Source of the DNA: a virus
DNA: 64,000 bases
Reading direction: 5' to 3' (one strand)
Virus record (IMG/VR): IMGVR_UViG_3300042691_053984
Span: 68,859-132,858 of that record
The position numbers and the translations under genes are program-made. The notes beneath the pieces are model-generated. The model saw only the letters and a list, made by a program, of their open reading frames with translations, did not search any database and was not told where the DNA came from. Below are positions 56,379 through 64,000 of the stretch, in pieces (the stretch's first letter is position 1; each line of letters opens with the position of its first letter).

Positions 56379-57395
56379 ATGAGAATCAGCCCACAGACGT
56401 TGAATAGAATCATCACATCAGAGATCAGGTCACTAATGGAGTCAAAGAAAAGAGTGACCAGAGGTAAAGGAAGACCCAGTCTATATTCTGCTTTATTTGA
56501 AGATGCAGACCCAGGTAAGATCGATCCGAATAGATTCCCACTAGAGTTGGGATCTGTGAATATAGATTCAGCAAAAAAATTCGTGTCAGGTGGTCTCAAC
56601 GATGGCGATAAAAAAGATGATGTGATCAGCGCAAAAGTAAACGCAAGTTTGGGCACTGTCAAAGACTTAAAACCGTCTCAGACTTCTATGAACCTAGGCA
56701 AAGCTTGGTCATTTGCTCTTAGCATGATTAACGGCACAATGCCTGGTTCTGATGGCCCTGGAGGGAACCTTGATGCCTTTGTTTCTAGCGATAACTACAT
56801 TATGGATGGACACCATAGGTGGATCGCAAGCTGGATGGTCGATCCTGTTGCTGAGATGAAAGGCCATAAAGTGAATATGCCTGGCGAAAAGCTTGTCGCA
56901 GTTTTAAACGCAGTCACAAAGGGTCTACATGGTATTGAAAAAGGAAATCCATCAACAGGCGGTTTTGACCAGTTTAAAGACAAGCAAAAGATGACAGATG
57001 CCTGTAAGGCTGGGATTGAAGCAGGCCCGATTAATGGTAATGTTGAAGATTTGAAAAAGAAATTAAAAGATTGGACGGGCACGCAAGACGATGCCGGGCT
57101 CGTTGACGCGACTGTTGAAAAAGTCATGGACAACTTGTCGTCGTTACCAAGCGATATCATGCCAAATGCTCCATCAAGAGAGAATATGCCGGTGATTGAT
57201 GACAAGAAGACATCCGGCGCTACGAAAAAAACTCTCATGGCCCTAGCTGGTGGCCAAATTGACGTCAATCCTCCATACGCTTCTGAAGAAGGAGAAGAAG
57301 GCGATAAGCCAAAGACTGCGCAGAACTCAGGCCGCCTGAGGGGCGGTGAGGTCATGGTGGAACGGTGGCAGCGTCTCGCGGGTCTCGTACGCTGA
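56379..57395 (+). CDS. ParB/Srx-domain protein (paralog of 54133) with the leader and RWQRLAG tag
   Basis: LKPSQ...YIMDGHHRWI; shared RPSL-x-S-x-x-FE and MP-x-x-D motifs. Confidence 0.8.
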   Translation: MRISPQTLNRIITSEIRSLMESKKRVTRGKGRPSLYSALFEDADPGKIDPNRFPLELGSVNIDSAKKFVSGGLNDGDKKDDVISAKVNASLGTVKDLKPSQTSMNLGKAWSFALSMINGTMPGSDGPGGNLDAFVSSDNYIMDGHHRWIASWMVDPVAEMKGHKVNMPGEKLVAVLNAVTKGLHGIEKGNPSTGGFDQFKDKQKMTDACKAGIEAGPINGNVEDLKKKLKDWTGTQDDAGLVDATVEKVMDNLSSLPSDIMPNAPSRENMPVIDDKKTSGATKKTLMALAGGQIDVNPPYASEEGEEGDKPKTAQNSGRLRGGEVMVERWQRLAGLVR

Positions 57396-57855
57396 GGGGC
57401 CACCATACAGGGGGTCCTGTGAACCGCCACCGTGCGAACCTCACTTTGTCCCCCACGTAGTAAGATCGATAAGATTCCACAGGTGTCTCCCTGTGATATT
57501 GGGGATCCTTGATGGCCACCACAAACGGCGTCAGGGGTCCCTCAGTCACTTCAGGAGGCACGTTTTCTTTGCACCATTGGATTACCTCCTCTGATTTGTG
57601 TACCTTCCCGTAGCGCCTCGTGTACTCACGGCACAGGGCCAACCCGTGCTCCGCTAGCCAACCATAGTTGGCTGTCGTCGTGCGAGCCCACACCGTGCAT
57701 GGGTGGTTGTAGTGAGTTCGCTTCCACGGCGCTCCACCGACCGGATGAGCGGCGCACAGCATCTGGCCGCTCTCGATGATCATCTTGACGACGTGCTTGT
57801 CGCACTGCATCTGCGCCGCCTCCACTGGATCCTCGGATAGGACGAATATGTTCAT
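57352..57855 (-). CDS. denV: Pyrimidine-dimer DNA glycosylase (DenV/endonuclease V family)
   Basis: MNIFVL...CDKHVVKMIIESGQML...HYNHPCTVWAR...EYTRRYGKVH...YRSYY. Confidence 0.85.
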   Translation of the reverse strand: MNIFVLSEDPVEAAQMQCDKHVVKMIIESGQMLCAAHPVGGAPWKRTHYNHPCTVWARTTTANYGWLAEHGLALCREYTRRYGKVHKSEEVIQWCKENVPPEVTEGPLTPFVVAIKDPQYHRETPVESYRSYYVGDKVRFARWRFTGPPVWWPLSVRDPRDAATVPP

Positions 57856-57918
57856 GTGGGCATCATATATCGATACGTGCACATGTTTCGTGCGGGAGAC
57901 GTGATATATACTGTATGT

Positions 57919-58380
57919 ATGAAGATAACACGAGAACATCATGAAGTCAGGTTGTTGCGGATGTTGGTGCGCGAGGCGGTGCGTAACCTGATCAAAGAGG
58001 AATCGACGAAACCCACGGACTCTACGACTCCGACAGATAAGAATACGGCCAAACCCGGTGAAGAGAAGAAGGGAGCTTTACGTAAGCAAGCCTTAAACAA
58101 GGCAAAAAACAACCTATCTGCGGCCGGAGAACAGGCCGTAGACATGGCGGCGAAAGGACCGGGATCAGACGCAGACAAGATTGTCGATGCAGCATCTGCG
58201 TTTTCCCAGAAGATGGCCGAGAAATTATTCTCCCTAAAGCCAGACAAGATCAAGGACATGAACGGCTCTCAGATAAAACAAAAGATGTACGCATTGGGAG
58301 ACAGCCTGGACAAAAGTGTCAGCGACATGCAAAAATCGCAGGTTGAACTTGATAAAATGTTGTCCAAAAATGCGACATAA
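57919..58380 (+). CDS. Hypothetical protein with the N-terminal leader
   Basis: MKITRE...LLRMLVREAVRNLIKEE. Confidence 0.65.
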   Translation: MKITREHHEVRLLRMLVREAVRNLIKEESTKPTDSTTPTDKNTAKPGEEKKGALRKQALNKAKNNLSAAGEQAVDMAAKGPGSDADKIVDAASAFSQKMAEKLFSLKPDKIKDMNGSQIKQKMYALGDSLDKSVSDMQKSQVELDKMLSKNAT

Positions 58381-58395
58381 AAATCTTGATTTGAC

Positions 58396-58424
58396 TTGTC
58401 CAATCCTGAACGATGGATTATGAT
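58396..58424 (+). promoter_or_regulatory. Possible sigma70-like promoter
   Basis: TTGTCC-N17-TATGAT, 35 nt upstream of the ATG at 58459. Confidence 0.45.
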
Positions 58425-58458
58425 ATCTTCACGGACTTTACAAAACCGTGGAGATAAT

Positions 58459-58752
58459 ATGTCGCGTAAGATTTCAAACTTTGATAGCATTCAGGATAAC
58501 ACCACTACTCGAGTCAAGAATCGCAACTCCAATATTCGTGTGTCTGAAGACAACAATGGAGAACTTCGTACCGAAACTCGCAATAGAGACGAAGGATCTG
58601 CGTGTTTTGCCATCACTACCAACGCAGGATCTAAGGCAAGCTCACTTTACATTGATCTTCCCAACACTTCTGTCAGGCTTTCAGGTTCTGAGGCACGTAC
58701 CCTTTATAGGCTTTTAAATAAGCATTATACCTTTACAGGTAAGTCTGTATAA
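58459..58752 (+). CDS. Hypothetical protein
   Basis: GGAG SD; begins MSRKISNFDS. Confidence 0.7.
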   Translation: MSRKISNFDSIQDNTTTRVKNRNSNIRVSEDNNGELRTETRNRDEGSACFAITTNAGSKASSLYIDLPNTSVRLSGSEARTLYRLLNKHYTFTGKSV

Positions 58753-58794
58753 GTTATTATTGTGATAACGGCGCTTGTCTGATTTGGAGGTTTT

Positions 58795-59358
58795 ATGTTT
58801 TTAAATAGGTCTGATGCCCTTCTTTTACACAAGGTTCTATTTCACTACGAAAAGATGATGAATTGTGATCAATCTTTCGGTGATGTTCTGGATGAACTTT
58901 CAGCCTTGAACGAAAAGATAGAGGAATATCTTGTGTCTGATTCAAGTCAGACAGCGTCCGTGTTTACACAAGACAAGTCAGGTGTCCAAGTTTCAAGTGA
59001 TCATGATGATGATGATGATTTAGATGAAGATGAGACGGACGATGCCGAAGATGGCAAGTCTCAGGAAAAAATGCCTGAGGCGTCTCATACATTGAGTTGT
59101 TCTACTTTACATGATTTACCTCCATTGGAGACAGATCATGGTCTTTTAGAGTTTGAGAATGAAGATGATGAAGTAAACCTCCTTATTGATGGTGATTTTT
59201 ATGATGATCTCGCTGTTTCTCTCGTAAAAAGAGTTGGTAAATCTATTGATATTTGGGTTGCATCAAATGAAAAGTATGTTTTTGAACTTAGAAAGTTGAA
59301 TAAGGAGTGGAAGAAAGTGCTTGTTGACGGTCTTGTGTATAAAGTGATTGATGATTAA
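58795..59358 (+). CDS. Hypothetical acidic protein
   Basis: GGAGG SD; Asp-rich linker. Confidence 0.7.
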   Translation: MFLNRSDALLLHKVLFHYEKMMNCDQSFGDVLDELSALNEKIEEYLVSDSSQTASVFTQDKSGVQVSSDHDDDDDLDEDETDDAEDGKSQEKMPEASHTLSCSTLHDLPPLETDHGLLEFENEDDEVNLLIDGDFYDDLAVSLVKRVGKSIDIWVASNEKYVFELRKLNKEWKKVLVDGLVYKVIDD

Positions 59359-59557
59359 GATAGATTTACATCCCGATGAATTTGTGACGTTATACGATCT
59401 TTTATCATTGCAACAACTCCAATCCGGAGAACAGATACTTCAATCCCTAAGGAGCAAAATGAAGGAGACACTTCTTCAAGCTTTAAAGGAAAAAGATGAT
59501 GTTCAGTTTGAAAGGTGGGAAAGAGAGCAAAAAGAAAAGATGGCAAAGTTAAAGTAA
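59348..59557 (+). CDS. Small hypothetical protein
   Basis: 69 aa; overlaps the upstream gene in operon fashion. Confidence 0.55.
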   Translation: MMIKIDLHPDEFVTLYDLLSLQQLQSGEQILQSLRSKMKETLLQALKEKDDVQFERWEREQKEKMAKLK

Positions 59558-59567
59558 TGTTTGGTAA

Positions 59568-59601
59568 AACAAAACCCGGGTTTTAAAACCCGGGTTTTGT
59601 T
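59568..59601. terminator. 34-bp perfect palindrome; probable bidirectional terminator
   Basis: AACAAAACCCGGGTTTTAAAACCCGGGTTTTGTT. Confidence 0.7.
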
Positions 59602-59663
59602 CATTTAAACTGTGGTATTTTTTCTGAAAAGCCGACTAGATAATTTATGCTTATGGTATTATC

Positions 59664-60476
59664 ATGAAAGACACCCACACAGTCAAACCGTTTCCATTTT
59701 ATGAAGGACCGAAGGCGCCGGTCAACGATTCTTATTTGTCATCCCAGATTAGATCTGGGATGAACACGCTTTTGATAGACGGATACAGGCAAGGCACAGA
59801 GATAATAACACAACGACACTTCGTGTCAGGGATGTTCAAAATACACGCCGGAGAATATGACTACGAAAATAACATAAATCACGTAGTCAAACAGAATCGG
59901 TTTGGAATGGACAATCAAACAAATAGACGCGACGCGGCGTTCACTGATAACGAGAAATTCAATCCAGTCAAATTTATTCAGATACAAGAAAAGTTTTCTT
60001 ACATCTACGCAAACTTAATCACCCTACCTTTTTACGTAGACGATAATGATGAAACCTCGGTAGACAACTACGACGGAGTCATAGAGCCTCTAGACATCAG
60101 GGCAACAGTCGCCTTAAGGCCTACCGAGGTTCCGTTTTTGGCACACAGTATTAAGGCATCTCTCACCAATAGCGATGATGCGTACGGTGCGGTACAGATA
60201 TTACAATCTGATTATTTTAGACCTGAAACCTCCATCGTGATTTACGATGATGAGGGGTATTTTAAAAATGAATTCATCAGAAACAAACCTTTTGACGACA
60301 TAAAAAGGTACTCTCAATATTGGAGTGCAGACATAATTAATGCGCAGGAAAGCATGAGGGGATCAACTGATGATTATATTTCAACTAAACAAAGGTCTTC
60401 CTGCACAGGTCGGGACTATGACAACAATACCTCAGTCGGAACAGATTCAATTGCGTTTGGAGGCTTGACATACTAA
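59664..60476 (+). CDS. Hypothetical protein, probably structural
   Basis: 270 aa; TAATG-coupled to the downstream giant ORF. Confidence 0.65.
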   Translation: MKDTHTVKPFPFYEGPKAPVNDSYLSSQIRSGMNTLLIDGYRQGTEIITQRHFVSGMFKIHAGEYDYENNINHVVKQNRFGMDNQTNRRDAAFTDNEKFNPVKFIQIQEKFSYIYANLITLPFYVDDNDETSVDNYDGVIEPLDIRATVALRPTEVPFLAHSIKASLTNSDDAYGAVQILQSDYFRPETSIVIYDDEGYFKNEFIRNKPFDDIKRYSQYWSADIINAQESMRGSTDDYISTKQRSSCTGRDYDNNTSVGTDSIAFGGLTY

Positions 60477-63400
60477 TGCCAACCGCAAAAGAACGCAGGG
60501 CTCCGCCCGCACAAGTTTTCGAAAATTATGTTTTTAACAGGATTACCGGCCCAACAGTGAAACTGTTCCCGATTGCCTCTTCGGCAATGTGGGGATTTTC
60601 TGATGGTTTTGGTAGTGGCAACGTTGATGAAGATGTTTCTGAAACCACAGAATTAGGATTTGACCTTAGGTTCAACGAAAAGACCTATGACAGATTCGTA
60701 GTTCACACGAATGGATTCATGATCCTGAGAGAAAAATCTGACGTTGGCGTCTTTTCAGTCTCTGACTATATATCAGTGACATCACCGACAACGTTGAATG
60801 ATTACATACGTAGTCGTTTCACAACGGGTGGTGTTATGTTGTGTCCATGGTTTGGAGACTTGAGGACGGCTTATGACAACGTCTCTCAACTTGCATACAC
60901 AACCCCAAAACAAAAGCAAAACATTCAAAGAGGTATCTCACTACCTCCCACGCCCTTGGATCCCACTCGTTCAGGAATAAAATATAAAAAAACTACCAGC
61001 CCTAGCGGTGTGAAGTGTCTCATAGTGAGGTGGAGGTCTTTTTCTTCATATACCTCGTTGCCTGAGTCAATCATTACATTTGAAGTAATCATCTACGAAA
61101 ATGGCAAGATTGAATTTAGGTATGACACAAGGAAAACGTTGACCCCATATGGGTGTAACGCTGTGACTGACGGTGCAACGATCGGTATTTTTGTAAATGA
61201 TACAATAAATTCAGATCTCACTTATTGGAGATTTCGTGACCTATCTGTAGGATTGGGACACCCGGGTGACTCGACGCGATCAACGTCAAAGTTTGGTGGC
61301 GCAGTTTACGACAGCGCTTACGGAGATTCAAACCTGTTTTATCCGTCGGTTCCGTACAACGTAACCATGTATCCATCCAACGTAGATGTTACTGCCCCGT
61401 CCGGTCTATTAGGAAGAATTTCTAATTGGCCGGGTCAGGAACTCTTTTGCTGTGGTATTACGTTCTCTCCTCCGGTGAATCGCATGAGGATTTTGCCCAG
61501 GAAAGAGGTTCATGTCGGTGACACACGGGCATCATATCCCGTGATCATCAGGACCGGCGATGCTTCGAACAACAGGGTTTCATTCGATATGTTCGATGAT
61601 CGTCGTTCCATAGCATACGGAGGGTCATCAATAGTCAATCTTCCGACGACATTGCCGAGAGGTTATTCCTTTAACGTACCTGGTGCAATCGAAAGACAAG
61701 GAATCTATGGAGACATGGAAATCACGGCCAGCATATCAAAGACTGCGGCCGAGCAATTTTTGTCGTTCATCCCGGTAGATTACGTTTCACCTTTCTGTGA
61801 TCACAACAGGCCTGAGCAGGGCATGGCAAGCCAATATTATATGACAGGTTCACCTGCCTCTCTTTTCGGAGAGAGCTTAAGGTATCCGCTGAGGTCAAAA
61901 ACACAAATCAAGTTTGACCTACCTTTGAATCATCCTTTGCAGATGCTTGAAACAGGATCTGCCATATACTACTACAACAATAAGATCAAAGGTATGTTCA
62001 TCCCACAAGTGGGAGGCGCGCCGTCAGACATTGCAGACCCTCGAGATGCACTAGGTTCTTCCTACGGTGAATTTTGGCCCGAGGATTCACGTTGTTTTGG
62101 ACCGATAGGAAATGTTGTTGCGTCAGGATCTATTGATATTTCATTTCCGGCATTATCATCAGACCCAAACTTTGGACGTGATTCAGAGGATTGGGTCGAC
62201 GTTGAATCTCCCATTGACACCTTATCAAAGACTTATTTGAAAAACCCGCAGATCAATCCCGACTATAACGCGTCAGATGATGAGTTGATCACAATTCCCA
62301 TTAACCAGCCTTTCGTGGTAGAAAAGGCAGTGTTTAACATACCCGTAAAGATGGGACCAGGTTGGTTTAATGATAAGACTACGTCCTGTACCCCGCTGGG
62401 GGCTACAAGTGGAGCAGGCTCTCCCACAGATCGAGGGGTTGTCTCAAACGTCTTTGATTTTGCCGGACCTGCGATAACCTTATCGCTTTTCAATCAGATA
62501 AAAAATGGCGAACTTGTTCACAGAGACTTAATCCTGACAGGAACGGTGATTCCGGAAGGCGACAGTTATGGTAGCGTAACAGTTAGACAATCATGGCTTA
62601 AGTCTGGTGGTTCACCATATCCCATCTGGACTTTTGAACCTGAAGGATTTGTCAAATACAACTCATCGCCCTCTGTTGTTGTGAAGCAGTCGTCTGCGGG
62701 CACGTATACAGGTTCTTTATCGATTCCCACCGAGGCAGGTATCTCAAACGGTGTGACTTTACGTCAACTATTGAGAATGACGACATATGCTCCCGCTTTA
62801 TCTCTCCCTGTTGCCACAGCACGGGCACAAGCAACAATTGACTACATGACGAGGCCAACTATAAGTGTTTATGAAAATGTGGTTAATGATGGAGGAAAGG
62901 GCTACGTAATCAGTTCAAACGTTAAAAGCGTAAATCCTTTCGGAAGAGACTCGAGGGGAAATAACGTAAGTGGCAGATCCATTTTCGGAAAGGAGTTCAC
63001 TACATTTCAAAGTCTGGATCAAATGACAGTAAAGAATCCGTTGTTTGTGTCATCAAGTTTTAGTGATTTTCCAACCTCATTGAGTGACTATCTTGACATC
63101 AATAACAATTCTGAATTTCAGGCATACATTCAATATGCAGTCCCGATAGAACAGAACTCTAAATCACCTTATTTGCTGATGCCGGGCGACAAATTGATAT
63201 TTGCACTGTCTAAGAATAGGCCCGCCATGCACACAAATGGAATACAGGCTGTGACCCGTGCATCGGTTGACGTGTTCAGGCAGGGTCTAAGACACGACGT
63301 GTGGATCAATACCGGATCAATTAGCGTCACTTTATATGGTTCCTTGTTGAGAGAAGGTAAAGAGTTTCATGACACAATGAACCAAAATCTGGCGTCAAAC

Positions 63401-64000
63401 CAGATACACGAAGCGTTGGGATCCGAACCAGTGACAGATCAATTTCAGGTAGAATACCAAGATTCTTTCTATGGTTCGTACACTGACAGCATGGTGACAG
63501 GTTCGATGTTCCCACGGACCCAAAATAAAATATTTTACCACGTGACACAGTCGTTCGGTTTCTCAGTTACACCCGTCAGTGAAGTTTATTCGAAAGTACA
63601 GGAAAAAATATCCATAGGAACTACCCGTGGAAGTATTGCAAGCAATCTCTTTGCAAGAGATTCATTGTTTGATGAAACAACCAGCTCTATCACGGAACTG
63701 GCGTCAGTAGGAAATAAGTCTAAAATCTTGCAACCGGCATACGAAAGATCAGGCAGACAGACTTATGTTAGAATCTCGTCTGATCACGAAAGATTCTTTG
63801 ACTCAATGGTGCCAAATCTTTTTGATTGCCTCAAAATTGACGGTCAATATGTTCACGCTGTGACAAATCCAAACAGGATATTTTTTCCTGATAGTCCTCC
63901 ATTCATTGGAGCGTTTGATCGTGAAAAACAGTACGGTATGATAGAAATCAACTCAGTTCCATTGGTTGACAACGCAGATTTTCGACGAATGAATTCAAGC
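60476..64000 (+). CDS. Large (>1175 aa) probable virion/tail protein with an N-terminal NIDO-like domain; truncated by the window edge; not in the supplied ORF track
   Basis: My translation: MPTAKERRAP...LGFDLRFNEKTYDRFVVHTNGF...LCPWFGDL...TFEVIIYENGKIEFRY; frame open at the points checked, including the last codons. Confidence 0.7.
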   Translation, partial: MPTAKERRAPPAQVFENYVFNRITGPTVKLFPIASSAMWGFSDGFGSGNVDEDVSETTELGFDLRFNEKTYDRFVVHTNGFMILREKSDVGVFSVSDYISVTSPTTLNDYIRSRFTTGGVMLCPWFGDLRTAYDNVSQLAYTTPKQKQNIQRGISLPPTPLDPTRSGIKYKKTTSPSGVKCLIVRWRSFSSYTSLPESIITFEVIIYENGKIEFRYDTRKTLTPYGCNAVTDGATIGIFVNDTINSDLTYWRFRDLSVGLGHPGDSTRSTSKFGGAVYDSAYGDSNLFYPSVPYNVTMYPSNVDVTAPSGLLGRISNWPGQELFCCGITFSPPVNRMRILPRKEVHVGDTRASYPVIIRTGDASNNRVSFDMFDDRRSIAYGGSSIVNLPTTLPRGYSFNVPGAIERQGIYGDMEITASISKTAAEQFLSFIPVDYVSPFCDHNRPEQGMASQYYMTGSPASLFGESLRYPLRSKTQIKFDLPLNHPLQMLETGSAIYYYNNKIKGMFIPQVGGAPSDIADPRDALGSSYGEFWPEDSRCFGPIGNVVASGSIDISFPALSSDPNFGRDSEDWVDVESPIDTLSKTYLKNPQINPDYNASDDELITIPINQPFVVEKAVFNIPVKMGPGWFNDKTTSCTPLGATSGAGSPTDRGVVSNVFDFAGPAITLSLFNQIKNGELVHRDLILTGTVIPEGDSYGSVTVRQSWLKSGGSPYPIWTFEPEGFVKYNSSPSVVVKQSSAGTYTGSLSIPTEAGISNGVTLRQLLRMTTYAPALSLPVATARAQATIDYMTRPTISVYENVVNDGGKGYVISSNVKSVNPFGRDSRGNNVSGRSIFGKEFTTFQSLDQMTVKNPLFVSSSFSDFPTSLSDYLDINNNSEFQAYIQYAVPIEQNSKSPYLLMPGDKLIFALSKNRPAMHTNGIQAVTRASVDVFRQGLRHDVWINTGSISVTLYGSLLREGKEFHDTMNQNLASNQIHEALGSEPVTDQFQVEYQDSFYGSYTDSMVTGSMFPRTQNKIFYHVTQSFGFSVTPVSEVYSKVQEKISIGTTRGSIASNLFARDSLFDETTSSITELASVGNKSKILQPAYERSGRQTYVRISSDHERFFDSMVPNLFDCLKIDGQYVHAVTNPNRIFFPDSPPFIGAFDREKQYGMIEINSVPLVDNADFRRMNSS

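Noticed and set aside
56795-57430. 211-aa minus-strand ORF
   Set aside because: Antisense shadow of the ParB gene; no motifs or SD
1-64000. CRISPR array, tRNA or rRNA genes
   Set aside because: No regularly spaced repeat-spacer units or tRNA-like cloverleaf sequences were seen; intergenic gaps are mostly under 130 nt
1-64000. Stop-codon reassignment (alternative genetic code)
   Set aside because: Standard-code ORFs are long and tile the window at high density, with conserved genes ending at the expected positions
1-64000. Giant eukaryotic virus (NCLDV) origin suggested by NRS/ER, the Mre11-Rad50 fusion and the GT cluster
   Set aside because: T4-like portal, gp21 protease, gp23 capsid and terminase, plus SD sites and intrinsic terminators, identify a tailed bacteriophage

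Overview
This window comes from a large T4-like (myovirus-type, probably jumbo) tailed phage genome and reads cleanly in genetic code 11. It has six parts. (1) 1-10.9 kb (minus strand): a glycan operon with seven glycosyltransferase genes, a PhyH-type dioxygenase, a Gfo/Idh/MocA oxidoreductase and an NDP-rhamnose pathway (RmlA, RmlB and a plant/giant-virus-like NRS/ER epimerase-reductase; no RmlC in the window). (2) 11-20.9 kb: accessory genes, including a degenerate GroEL-like protein, ClpP, a DinG-like helicase, an Hc1-like protein, a sigma70-r4 HTH protein and PIN-PhoH. (3) 20.9-34.6 kb: large probable tail/baseplate genes, very AT-rich to 30 kb. (4) 34.6-42 kb: a gp4-like nuclease, RuvC, a ParB-like protein, an ART-like/pentapeptide protein, primase and an Mre11-Rad50 fusion. 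(5) 42.4-53 kb: the head module (terminase, portal, gp21 protease, scaffold, major capsid protein). (6) 53-64 kb: a homing-endonuclease cassette, a ParB/HAD/ParB triplet, DenV and a >1170 aa ORF running off the edge. The most notable pattern is that otherwise unrelated enzymes carry a shared N-terminal leader and the same C-terminal RWxxLAG peptide that ends the scaffold protein. This suggests a tag-based system for loading cargo into the capsid. All product calls come from motif recognition by eye; no database search was run. Refined start codons are my own choices.
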